64,000 nt of DNA from Adineta vaga (Eukaryota > Animalia > Rotifera): NCBI GenBank assembly GCA_021613535.1, contig CP075496.1, forward strand, positions 6,014,001 to 6,078,000. Direction: 5' to 3'. Shown here piece after piece: positions 1-12,742 of this stretch. The notes under the pieces were generated by a model. The model saw nothing but the letters and a program-made list of their open reading frames with translations, was not told the origin of the DNA and ran no database searches. The position numbers and the translations under genes were made by a program. Each line of letters starts with the position of its first letter. Position 1 is the first letter of the stretch.

Positions 1-3000
1 TTTTTCTTCATCAGTTTTACGTCTTCGTTCACAACTTAATTCACGTTTTAATTGTTCAATCATCGTTTCAGATTTCGTAATAATATCTCGTGTAAATCGT
101 TGTTCATCTTCTAAATGTTTTAAAATTCGTTGTTTTTCTCGTTCAGCCATGTCTTCAATATGTTGAATACGTTCATGCGCTTGATTTTGTTCACGTTCTA
201 AAGCTGTTTTCAATTCAATAATTTTATTTTGTGTTTCTTGTTCACTTATTTCTTTTGCACGAAGTTGTTCAACATTTGTTGCTAATGCAAGTTCAAGTAA
301 TTCTATCCGTGTTGATAGACCTAAAATTTAGTATAAAAACATTTCTTTCACCTCAACAATTTTACACAATCATAGTCTCGAAATGTTCGATTACGTATCC
401 CTCTAACCTTGATTTACTAAACAACTGTACTTTTTTTTTCGCTTTGTTCTATTGTCTACTAACAATCTTTTGCATTGTAAAAGAATAACCCTTGTAATTG
501 AACTTTTGCTACTGATGTGTGAAAAGGGAGGAAAAAGAAAGAAATGAAACAGGAGGCATCATTGTAGTATGATGAGATAAGAAAGAATAAAATCGAATTA
601 GATTGTATGATTAAATAATACATTTTCAATGAAATAATGCCATTGACATTGTATGTACATCGAAATGAGAAAAAGAAAGAGTGACTACCATTTATTCTCA
701 ATGTTTGTTAAGCATAGAAACAAAACGCAATCACCAACGGATGTTTTTAATATAAACAGAGAATGAACAGCACATTGAAGAGTAGAAGTTTATTTTCATA
801 CCTGATGGTGGAGTTCCTTGAGAAGATGATGGTTGTTCAAAAAATGTTTCACCGTTGCTAAGATTATTTAATTGTGATTTATTCGTTGATTCTGCTTTCG
901 GTTTAATAACATGTTGTCGAACACCTTCATCAAGTTTTAATTCAATTGTCACTTGTTCCAAATCAGAATCTAATCCATTTCCTTGATCTGTTCGTAGATC
1001 ATGAAGTACAAGTTTTAATTCTTGAACACCACTAATTCTATTCATCATTTCACTTTGTAAATTATTCAGATCATCGGAAAGATGCTTGAAAGAAAGTTAA
1101 AATTAGGATTACAAAAACGTTTCATGTGTGATAAAAAGATCTTTACTTCTATCGTTGCATGAGATTCATTTTGTTGTGTTGCAGTTTGTAAACATTCTCT
1201 AATTTGTTGTTGTTCTGCTTGCATAGATGTTAATTCACTAATACTCAGAGCGAGTTTTAGCAGTTTTTCGTTGTAAAGTTTTTCATCTTCTATTTAGTTT
1301 TACGAAAGAAAAATATAGATTTAGACAAAAGAGATTTTACGACATACCAGCACGATGAAATTTTCCATCAGGAGCGCTACCTAATATTCGTTGAACATCA
1401 TTTGTTTGCCAATGAATAGTACTGTTTAAAAAAAATGAAGATCTTTATGCGAATGAAATTCTCATTCGATTACCTGGCAGATCGTTGTTGAAAAGATGAT
1501 TTAGTATTTTCTTCTTCATTTTCGAGAAATTGACTAAATGTGAAAGGACTATCATCATTAGTCCTTTCATCAAGACTATTTCTTCGATTCAAATGTCTTG
1601 AGAGATCTAAAGACAACAACGAAGAGATAGAATATGTTATTTAAACGAAAGAATTTTCTATTACTAAGTCGATCAAATTTTAAATCAATTTTATAGAAAG
1701 CTAATTCTTGCTCAAGTTTAAATTGTTTTTCACATGATTGATGCAGTAATGTTGTTTTACGTTGAAGAAGTTCTTCATTGGTTGATAGCCGTTCTTGTAA
1801 TTCCTAGAAAAGTTCCATCGAATGAAATTTAATATTTGAATTGAAATGATTAGAAATTCAATAAGTAGAAATCATTAAAATCAAGAAATAGAAATAATCA
1901 ATGTTCAATATGATTTTTAATTATATCAAGTACCACATTTATCTAATGAAATCATAATCTATGCAATATAAATTACCAAGCGTCTTTTGTTTATTAAAGC
2001 ATCAATGATTGTTTCAAGCAGCTTGTTAAAATAAAATATAATTTTGTTTAAGAAGATTATGAGACTGATTAGTATAAAAGAGAATGTTTGTCGAACGAGA
2101 TTGTTGAACATGAGAGACTCAAACTATTTGAAAAGACATTTCAAGGTCTATTTACATTCATTCATTTTTGATCTCATTGAAATTAAAACCTTTCTAGTAT
2201 GGATAACTTTTCTAACATATTCAATCGAAATAATCTATTCTCTTCTGTCGATTAAATAGAATTTGTAATTATTATCACTTACTTTAATTTCTTTTGCTTG
2301 TGAAACACTCTTATTTTCAATTGATTGAAGTTTATCACTTGTTTTCTCTAACTGTTGTTCACTATTCGTTGCTTGTGTACTTAAACGTCGACATTCATTA
2401 TCACGACGTTCAAGTTCATGAAGTAAATTTTGTACTTCTTGTTGAATAAATCTACAAAAGCCCAATATTTCCTTTTCATCCATTATATTTTCTTATAACA
2501 TCTTACTGTTCTTTTGCTTGTTTTCTTTCATCATCTGTGATCTTAATTCCATCAAGTATCTGTAAACTTGGTATATAAGAAATAATAAGTAATCGATAAT
2601 GTTCATTTTGGTCGAGAGGATTCCCTTGAAGATTAATTTCTCGTAATTCATATAATGTACGTAGACGTGCTATTTGATCAAATGTTGTTATTTGATTCTG
2701 TGCTAAATTAAGTGTTTTCAATGCAGTTAATTTTCTTCCAAACCAAATAGGTATTGTTTGGATTTGATTTTGATGAAGATCAAGAATTTCTAAACGAGAT
2801 AAATCTTCAAGATTTGTTATTGTATTGATAAAATTATTCGCTAATGCTAAATGTTTAAGTTTTTTCAATGTTTTTAAACAGTCGATTTTTTCAATTAAAT
2901 TATTTGATAAATCAAGAGTTTCTAAATTGATCAATGTTTGAAGATTTTCAATATAACGAATTTTTTTATCACGTAAATTACTAAGATTTAATGAACGAAT

Positions 3001-3318
3001 ACGATTTACATTATTTTGTTTACTAATTTTACGAAGAAATCCATCCGTAATATAACGTATACCATATTTAAAACGATCGACACTAGTTGCAGATGGAGTA
3101 AATGATTGTGTATGAGAATTGATTCGACTTTGACGACCATCGGTACTTTTCGAACGAGAAGGAGATAAGTTAGTATTATCTTTAACATGTTCATCATCTG
3201 AATCAAAAGAGTTGAATGTTTCTTTTGATAGAACTGAATCACGCGAGATATAAGGTGAACCAACAGATTCTGAGTATCGACTATTACGGCTTCCATGACC
3301 ATTTATTTCACGATCCAT
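1..3318 (-). CDS. CNTRL: Centriolin (N-terminal LRRs followed by coiled coil); multi-exon, runs off the window start
   Basis: The first exon encodes GIRYITDGFLRK...IRYIENL...IPIWFGRKL, matching the centriolin LRR. An exon at ~1680-1803 encodes CEKQFKLEQELAFYKID, matching centriolin CQKQYELEQELAFYKID. Coiled-coil exons follow, with GT-AG introns. Confidence 0.9.
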
Positions 3319-3612
3319 GTCTCTATTGAAAAGAAAGTAAAAATCTTTTTACAAAAGAAATAGAATATGCACTTATATTGTTTCACCTGACAAATGAGAA
3401 TAGATTCGATTTTTTCTTCTTCTTCTTCTTCTAAAATGAAATGTTCATTAGAAATAATAAATAGATTTGTAATCGAATGTTTTCAAAACTTATATCATTC
3501 AAGTTTTTTTTTTGACTAGTCAATCACTCAGTTATTCATTTCAATATATATCAATACATATAGGCTTCAAAAATGCTACTCTTGATAGTATTCATCTTCC
3601 ATCTTGGCATCT

Positions 3613-3626
3613 GTTGTCATAGAAAT
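3613..3626. promoter_or_regulatory. X-box (RFX)-like motif upstream of centriolin; a second candidate lies at 3741-3754
   Basis: GTTGTCATAGAAAT and GCTGTCTTAGTAAC resemble the X-box consensus RTHNYYWTRRNRAC and sit next to a centriolar gene. Confidence 0.45.
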
Positions 3627-4322
3627 TTACTTACTTCCGAGTTTAATTTCCTATTGTTAATAATAAATTTTTATTTATATTAAACATACAAATTAAACGT
3701 TGTATTTAAGTTTATTATTTGCTTCACCTGACCTCTATATGCTGTCTTAGTAACATTGAACAAAATGGCGTCTGACTCTGAATGAATCTTTATAACAACA
3801 TAAATTCATTTTCAGTACAGTAAAAGATAGTGTATTGGAAAGATAATGAATGCTTTAAATAAAGTATCGTCTTTAAATCTACAACAATCAGTGGAGATCA
3901 TAAGTCCACGTACATCATTATCAAAAATAGATGAACGACAAACGAGTGTAAAGAAAAAATTTCATTTTTCCAAATCATTCATTTATCCGTTTACGGCTTG
4001 GTTCTTGTTCATTTTCTTGACAATACTGTACTTTATCTTTGTGTAGGTTCATTAGAAAATAAGCTTGTTACTTAGGAAATAGATAACTAATCTACAAAAT
4101 GAAATCTTTGTTAAGATGTCCATGGTATTATCATAATGTATGTGAAATCATACCAATTATACTACAATTATCAATCGTTAATCGATTCACATAGAATTCA
4201 TTTAGAAATTCTTCTTGCATAATCAGTTAAAACATTTATTATTCATAGTTGTTCCAACTATCAAAACATGAAATATATCAGGGGTGGGTGTGTCATTGAT
4301 ATTACAGGTAGAGATGAAAAAA

Positions 4323-5117
4323 TTAAAGTAAGGAAAATAATAAAATAGGCATGAGAAGAATTAGAAATTTACTGATTGATGCTACTCGATTACTAAAACT
4401 TTGATGGTATGGTACACGTTCCCAAGTTATTCCAAAAGTAGCCGGATCACTTGTATTGAATGTTGGTTTCGATAAAACTATATTTTCTTGTTGTTCCTTC
4501 GTTTCTTTATCTATCCATGGATATCTTTCATTATTTGCCATTTCATTAACAATATAAATTCCTGGTGTAGTATGAATTTTTTGCTTCACAGTTGTAGTTG
4601 TTGTCTGTTTTGTAGTTGTTTTAAGTGTTGATGTTTGCGGACGAGAAGTACTTGTTCTTCGATACCATTTACTCCAAATTGTCCAAGAAACTATTTAAAT
4701 AAATCATAGAAATCTGTAAGAAATTAGATTGAATAGTTACGTGGAACTGAATTGCATAAACTGGCATGACAACATGTTTCAATTCGAATATCACTATCAA
4801 GTGAAATACCAGCCGGTGTACAATAACGACTTGCACATGTTCGATATGGTTGTTGATCAACAAAACCAGCCTAAAAAGAAGTAGAAAATCTTATGAAAAC
4901 ATTGATTCTAAATGAAACTATTTACCCAACATAATTGTGTATGTTTATTACAAAGAATTACATTATCATCTTCACTGACAACCGTTTCACAAGGGGCATC
5001 TTTACATGAATAACATAAAAGTTTATTCGTATTTGTAACATTATATAGAAATACTGCTTCAGTTAAATGAAGAAGGTAAGTTCCAAATAAGAAAATATGA
5101 AACCATTGGTAAGACAT
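4323..5117 (-). CDS. Secreted/GPI-anchored Ly6/uPAR (three-finger, quiver-like) protein with Thr-rich stalk; 3 exons
   Basis: Signal peptide; LLCYSCKDAPC...C...CW|AGF...RTCASRYC...TCCHASLCN, ending in the LU-domain CC-x4-CN motif; TTTKQTTTTT stalk; hydrophobic C-terminal tail. Confidence 0.8.
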
Positions 5118-6429
5118 AATTGATTGTAGTTGAATGATGAATCAAACGGTGAATAAAATAATATTTCTTCTTCTTACTTGTTATCAAAAAATCAATTTGT
5201 AGATCTATTTGATTTGCAATAAGAGAAAATGTGTATCTATTTAAAATAGAAAATAAATCAACCAACCGTGTGAAATAAAATTATGACGATGATGATATCA
5301 GTTACACATCTGTTTATATTACATTTTCAAGGTGCATTTTTGATAATCGATTGCATTAAATAAATGTACCTGATTTGTATGATACAACCAAATGAACTAA
5401 TAATATCTTGGAAACAAAACGCATCAATTAAGTACAAATTTGTTCTTCTATTGAAGAATGTGTATGTTATAGGATGGCGTAGGACAGACACATTGAAAAA
5501 GCCGAAGGCATGACGATATCTTTTTTGTTTCAATGCCTACGCTAATATGAAATAGAATACATAAAATAAATACTGACAAATACCATTATTATATTGAAGA
5601 TACGTGAGAATATTTAAGTGTGATGGAGTTGTATCTTTTATCAATAAATATATGACATGAATAAATATTATTCAGACTGATTGTAGGAGAATATGTTGGA
5701 AAAGAAAAGTATTTTTGACATAATTTAGTTATGAATCATACTCTATTTTCTGACACATGTCTTTATATCATTTGAAATATTAATAATGAATGTTTTCTAA
5801 TCAGCAACCACTATCGATACATTTCTTTAATCATAATGATCTTTAGTAGCTTTTTAAAACCATTGAGATAGATTATGAACATCTATCTTTACTTTCAATT
5901 ATTTGACATGTCCTATTAAGAATACCTATTTATTCATATCCACATTCTTATTTTAGCCAATGAAAATATATTCGAAATGCCTTAACCGTATTATACTAAA
6001 TAAAACTTAAACATTGATAGAAGTTTCATTATAGATATTTCTCTCGAAATCAGTTTTTATACGTATGCCTATATTTATGTATATTTTCCCACAAGAGCAT
6101 ATCTTTATCATATTTGTTTTTGTTTTATCATCATCATCATGTATATAAAACAAGAAAAAAAGAAATTCTATGTTATAGATCTGATTGAAATCTATATCAA
6201 ATCGAAAGAGGACAAAACAGAAAAGAAAATACATACACAAAACCAATGACAAAAGAAAAATGAAGCGTGTCAATCAATCAACATTCTACTGTATACACGA
6301 ATGAATAAAAAATAAGAAAAGCAATACTCACGCACACACACACACACACTAACAAACAAACGAAAAGTGATGAGAAAAGCATGTTTTGAAAATTGAGTGC
6401 ACATGTGAATGTTAAAATAACAACGGATA

Positions 6430-7826
6430 TTATTGTCGCCAAAGACCAGACTGACGAACGGCTTGTTGAAGAAGAATTTGGGCACGACTTATTTGTTCAG
6501 GTGTGCCTTCAATAGTTATAATTCGATCACCACCACCCGTACCTGTTGGAATAGGTTGATCATCAATAATGATATTAGCATTAGTTGTTTGACGTATTTG
6601 TTGAATTTTGGCACCACGTGGACCAATAATAGCTCCAACAAGTTCATTTGGTAAAGTTACCTGAACAAAAGAAGATTCGACTGATGTGAATATGATAAAA
6701 GAAAGTATAATAAACTTACGCGTGTTGAAGTAAGTAATGCTGGACTAGGGTATCGAGCACTTAAACCTGGTCCACCTGCATATGGTACATCAACAAGAGG
6801 TGGTAAAGGTCGAATAGGATACATTCCAGTATTTGGTACAGGCGGTGGAAATGCTCCACGTGGATATCCAATTCGATTATCCATACTACCTGGCAATTGA
6901 AAACCACCTAGAGAAAAATAAATGTTTCCTATAGATGAATATTGATGACAAATCTTACCATATTCATTCACGATATAAATATCAAAATTATGTGGATCAT
7001 ATTGAAGTGATGGTGCACCCCGTGGTTGTTGTGATGATGAACTCATTAATGAATAGATGTGCTAAGAAAAACAAATAATTAGTTCAATTATATGCTTATT
7101 TCTTCGTATCCTTCTTCTATTTACTTTAATACATTCAATAATATCATCAACTTTTCCACGCAGCGAAATAACTCTTTCATGGCTCATTGGACAACATTGA
7201 GAGAAGACTTTAATATCGAGATTGTATGTTTGTCGTAATTCTTTAACATGTTGACCACCTTTACCAATAATAGCTCCACAATAAATTTGATGAACAAGTA
7301 TACGTATTTCTGATGGTATATCACCTGTTGTTTGATTATCATTTGTCGAGGCATTTTGTTCCGAATTCGCTCCTCCAGGATTTACATTACGTCGTCGATT
7401 AAATGATGAAAGACGTGAACTATCAATTAATGCGGGAACAATCTGTTGTAATGCATCAAAACATTGCTCTTGTTCACCACTTATAATTAATATTCGTTCA
7501 GGTGATGCACAATCAGGTACTTGAATGATTGTACGTGGATGATCAGCCCGAAGTTTTTGAATGGATGAACCACCTTTACCTAAAAATAAATTTTGCTATT
7601 AAATTAAACAATAAAAGAACTATTCATATATACCAATAACTGCTCCAGCATCACGCGAAGTCATTAATATTCGTATTTCAATTCCAGCTGAAGATGAATA
7701 CGGGTTACTGCTATTGCTATTCATTCTTCGATTATAATTACTCTGCTGATTACCACTCGATACACTAATACTATTATTATTGTTATTATTTGACGCTTGA
7801 CCGTAATCATCATCGGGCGATGTCAT
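6430..7826 (-). CDS. HNRNPK: hnRNP K-like protein with 3 KH domains
   Basis: KH1 IRILMTSRDAGAVIGKGG; KH2 IRILVHQIYCGAIIGKGG; linker YDPHNFDIYIVNEYGGF; KH3 VTLPNELVGAIIGPRGAKIQQIR. Confidence 0.9.
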
Positions 7827-8220
7827 TTTGTTTTTGACGAAAAAGAAGAAGAAGGAAAGGGGAATAATGGATTGGGATAGGCACTAAGACCTGATAATTT
7901 AATGATGGCAAACACAATGAAATAAATCTTAAAGAAAGAACGAATAAAAGAGAAAGTTTTTAATATTTAGTTCTTAGATACAAGAGAAAAAAATGAAGTT
8001 ATAATGGTATTTGTAGTTCAAACAAACATTTTATTGTAACACGGCAATGCATTTCTTGGCACATTCACGTTGAACTGTTGACCATAGAAAAAATAATAAG
8101 ACAGAGGACGCTTTAGTGTCAATTGTTACATATATTTTTTGATATGATTTTCATATTTTCAAATTGAAAGAAAAGATTTGATTTAGTAGAAAAATCGAAA
8201 GTTTAATCGATTCAATGGTT

Positions 8221-8234
8221 ATCCCCATAGTAAC
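8221..8234. promoter_or_regulatory. X-box (RFX) motif upstream of CFAP299
   Basis: ATCCCCATAGTAAC fits RTHNYYWTRRNRAC exactly and lies ~120 bp upstream of a ciliary gene ATG. Confidence 0.6.
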
Positions 8235-8351
8235 ATAGTCGGTAATGTTGTGGTAGACTGTAGCAAATCAAACTTTTTCGCTTTCTGTGTAAGTAAATAT
8301 CGTATATCTTAAACATTTTTTGGATAGACTGCTGTTTGAAAAAATCTAATT

Positions 8352-9347
8352 ATGGAAGACGATTTATCTGCAACAGTTGATATTGTAACAAAATATAATA
8401 CATATGAAGAATTTCTTGATTCTCAAGTCACTCGTTTAGATCTCAGTTATCTTGAAGTATGATGAAGTAATGAAAAGCTTTTTTTATTGTTTTGTTCATA
8501 TATTAGGATGAAGAATTAGCTAGACAACTTGTTGAACTTGGCTATCGTGGTAGTGGAGAAGTGATTAAACGAGAAGAATTTCATGCTCGAAAAATAGCTG
8601 CTGAACAACAACTTCAGTCACGACGTATACAGGCACCGTAAGTTTCATTATTGAATCCTTAAGAGAGAATCTAAATTGATACCAATCAGAACATCAATTT
8701 TTGTTACCCTAAGTTTCGATTGAAATAAACAAATATGAATCACACTGATTTGATTGGTTATTCTAATACACTCTTTCTTCTTTTAGAAAATTAGCTAGTG
8801 CTAATAAAGAAATAACTGACCCGTTATTACGTGAACTAGCTGATACGGAAGAAGCTAATCGAACTGGAAAAATGACGGTAAGTCATTTGCGTTCTACTTT
8901 CTCTAATGAATTCAATTTATTCTAGACAATTATTTTTATTCGTGATAAAAATTCTCGACATCAAGAAATTTCCGGTTATATTGACTATGCACATCGATTA
9001 AAATCCGAAGATTTCGAAGTCTATTTTGCTGGAAAGAAAAAACTTTTGCCTAAACCAAGTGATCTTAGGTACGAATACATTTATTCGAAATCATTTTTTA
9101 AAACTTTTCTCTATTTAGTTATTATAACTGGGAAAATCAAACATGTCATTCAAATAATACACCTAATTTTCAATCGATAACAACTAATCTTGATGGACTT
9201 TTATTTAAAAGTAAACGTGATCGAAAAATTATCATCGTTGATCCAAATGCTAAAACGCATGGAGATAATACGATACGAAAAGAAATCAAGACGGACAAAT
9301 ATATTCAAGTAGTTCTTTATTGTCATGCAACACGACGAAAAACATGA
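8352..9347 (+). CDS. CFAP299: Cilia- and flagella-associated protein 299 (C4orf22/DUF4464); 5 exons, absent from the ORF track
   Basis: Spliced translation [36 protein letters not shown]...[25 protein letters not shown]...[13 protein letters not shown]. Confidence 0.93.
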
Positions 9348-9450
9348 GAAATAATGAATAACGTTCTTTTATTTTTGTAAAATAATAAAATCAAACAGTT
9401 GAAAATAAACTGTTCTTTTTTCTCGACATTAAAAACAATAAAAACGATGA

Positions 9451-12294
9451 TTAATTAATAGTTGTCTTACTCCATGGAGTAAAATCAAAAAGAGAACACT
9501 GTTTACATGTTTCCAATGGATTACTAAAATATAGAAGAAGAATGATGTTGATTATCATCAAGAATACTAGTTCAAATTTTACCTTTTTTCATTCGGTGGT
9601 CGAAATGGATTTCGAGGAACTTTCTCGATATCTGTTGAATGACATATAAAACAATGATATGGATAATTCTTAATAGCTAATAGTTGTTCTAAATAAGCAA
9701 CAGAGAAAAATAATAGTAGAAAAAAAAATTAATGACAAAGAATCATACCGAGTGTAAATTCGCCTTCATGTGTATAGAAGAATCTATCACCATATTTAAG
9801 ATGTTGGAATTGTGTACCAATAATGCAAGCTGAAACAGGACCAACTAAAGCATCTGGCAAAGGTGTTTCATGATTAACACCAATAAAAAGATCAACATCA
9901 TCTGGGTGTCTAAAGATATGAAGAGAAATATTTCGATGATCAAGTAAGATATGCACATGTTCTTTTCTATGACGGAAAATTTCAAAGGATAAAAATACAA
10001 ATATATTACTTGTAAATCATTTGTACTGTACGAATGGCTTCAAAACTCATTGTATCCAAAAAATCTTCAAAACGATTTGCACGTCGAAGTCCACAGAGTT
10101 CTCGATAAGCATTATAACCTGGTATACCATGTTGTCTTCCACGACAAATATTTAAAGCCACAATATCACTACGTCGTGTTTCACCTTGATGATTTGTTGA
10201 TTCAAATAAACGATGATGAATTTGTTGAGCATAACTGGCATCCCCGGCGAAACCATAATCATATAATGCACCACATAGAAATGAATCGAGTCCATTAGTT
10301 TGTGTACTACAATGACATATAAACTAATTTTATCTTTCAATTCAATATAAAGAAAATTGTTGCTATTACTCGTAAGCAAATTTACATCTTGAAGTCATTT
10401 CATTAAACCATAATTGATCGATTAATTCTCCATTTGGTTTACAACGGCTAACTAAATCACGAACAAATGTATGTAAACGTAGTACAGCTGTTGCCGCTTC
10501 ATTAAAGACAACGCCGGGCATCTAAGAAAGAAAAAAACAATAGTTCATTTGCAATTAACAACAAGTTTTCAATTTCAGCTTTTCATATTACTGATGGATT
10601 ATATCTTGTAAATAAATTTTTGTCGCCCACAAATTGTTCTGTAGTCGTTTTACCAATCAAAATTGGTAACCATTCTTCATATGTATAGCGTTGATGAAGA
10701 GCAGATAAAATCTTTTTCGATTCTTCATATAGTATTGTATCTTTTGAACGCCATTCTGGTCGTATTCGAGCAAGTTCTTGTGCAAATGTATTATGTAAGC
10801 GTAACCATTGAGCTTGAATACCAGAGAGAACAGAATTTTCCATTAAACGTGAATCACCTAAACAGAAATTATCGTTCTTAGTTTAGTCATCCTTATAATG
10901 AGAAATTGACAAATTTCATTACATACCACCAGCAAAACATTTATTTGTTTCAGTTGAATCGATACATGATCTACCTTCTCGTTGACCAGCTGGTAAATCA
11001 AATTTAAATCCAGCTTTTCTTATCGTTTTCATTAAACCATCGACACGCGAACGAATATCAAATGCTGTTTGTCTCGTACTTCCATATGTAACTGATAGAT
11101 CGATATAATGAGAATTGCCATTGACTTGTTCTTTAACACCAAGTGTACAAAGTTGATTTGGAAATGCTTGAGCTGTTGCTGGTATAGCTAAACATTTCTG
11201 TCGAGCCATGAATGGATCATTAGCATCAATATCAATAACAAAGCACATATCTGTATCTCGTGAATTGCAACTGCATGAGCTAATTGGTGTTCGTCCAGAA
11301 TCAGTAACTGGCGTCGAAAATGTTATATCATGCACAAGAAATTGACCATAAGTAACCCAAAGATTATTGATCAGAGGATCAAAATTTGGTTTTGAATCCA
11401 AAGCTAAACTTATTTTACGACATGATGGTAAAGGTCCACCTAGAACAGATTTTGTACGAGGTGTTCCTAATCCTAAAAAGAATTATACATGTATGAAACA
11501 AAACCATTGAGTGTGTTTAGTGATAAATATATACCATCATCATACATAGGAGGTAATAATCGTCCAAAAGCCGTCTGTGAACTACCTTGATACGGACGTT
11601 GAAGATTATTACATACACCAGTAACTGTTCGATAATTTGTTAAACCTTCACAACTTGGATTTGAACGGTATGCACAAAACTCAGTAGGTAATGAAATTTT
11701 CTTAAGAAATTTATCTCTAAGAATAAAAACAAAAGATACAGTTGAAATAGTAAATCTATTTTTTTGAATTTATTACTTACATTATATGAGTTACAGATGC
11801 ATTTGTTAAACAAGAAAATCTAGAGAAGAAAATTGAAAAAGAAAATCGAAAATGAAGAAATTTGTTTTGTCATACTGAAAAAGAAGTTCATCAGAAACTT
11901 TAGTAGCTGCTCGAGCAAGTAATGCACCATTGTGTGTATCAGCTCGTAATTGCATTTCTTCAAAATCCAAGATATCATCTAATTAAATTCAATAGAAAGG
12001 TTAATAAATTTGTCTTTGATGAAAAAACAAACCATGATTTATTTTAAGATTTCTTTCGTGTTCTTTGACTAATCGTGCTTCTTCTTCTTCAAGTTTGGTT
12101 TGAAGTATATGCTCAAGAACATGTGGTTTGATAAACGATGATACTAATTTAGATGTTAAACATTGAGGAACGGGAATAGGTATATCATTATTAATATGAT
12201 GTGTCGAAACATCTCTTTGAACAGACGTATCTTGTTGTTTGGTAACGATAATAAAAGAAGTAACTAGTAGAAATATGATTGTTCGCATCTTCAT
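9451..12294 (-). CDS. Secreted animal heme peroxidase (peroxinectin/chorion peroxidase-like)
   Basis: Signal peptide; YRTVTGVCNNL; distal GQFLVHD; GDSRLMEN; WLRLHN; proximal AVLRLHT; DIVALNICRGRQHGIPGY; GDRFFY. Confidence 0.92.
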
Positions 12295-12742
12295 TTAGTT
12301 TCTAATCTGATGTCTATGGATCAGATTCAGAAGAACGATTTGATGTCTACAGTGTTATTTTCGAGGTGTATGATCGCTCGGAAAAAAAAGAAAATATAAA
12401 CAGAGATTATAGTGAATATGTCACATGTTATATAGATTTAGACGAAGGAAAGATTTAAAAGATATATGAATGTCACTTTAAAAGTGCATACATTTAAATA
12501 TTTAGTTGAAAATAGTTTTCTCCTTGATTTTGTCTATTTCAAGATAGTTCGCTATCTCCATAGGTATTTAGATTCATATACATATACATGTATATGTGCT
12601 TCTATCGAGGTCAAGGTTTAGTCGGTATATTCTTTATCAGGAGTACGAACATTTTAATTTAAAGAAACATTCTATAATTGTATAGACAAATAATAGAAAA
12701 AATGAAATATAATGAATTGCTTAATGGATGATCTTTGTATAT

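Noticed and set aside
3846-4046. 66-aa ORF divergent from centriolin
   Set aside because: No recognisable homology, and its 3' half looks intronic. It cannot be supported, although X-box-like motifs flank it.
6007-6485. Phe/Leu-rich ORFs in UTR or intergenic DNA (also 17036-17239, 22646-22996, 26605-26802, 50478-50828, 56117-56329, 62182-62425)
   Set aside because: These are translations of T-rich or A-rich low-complexity sequence with no coding signal.
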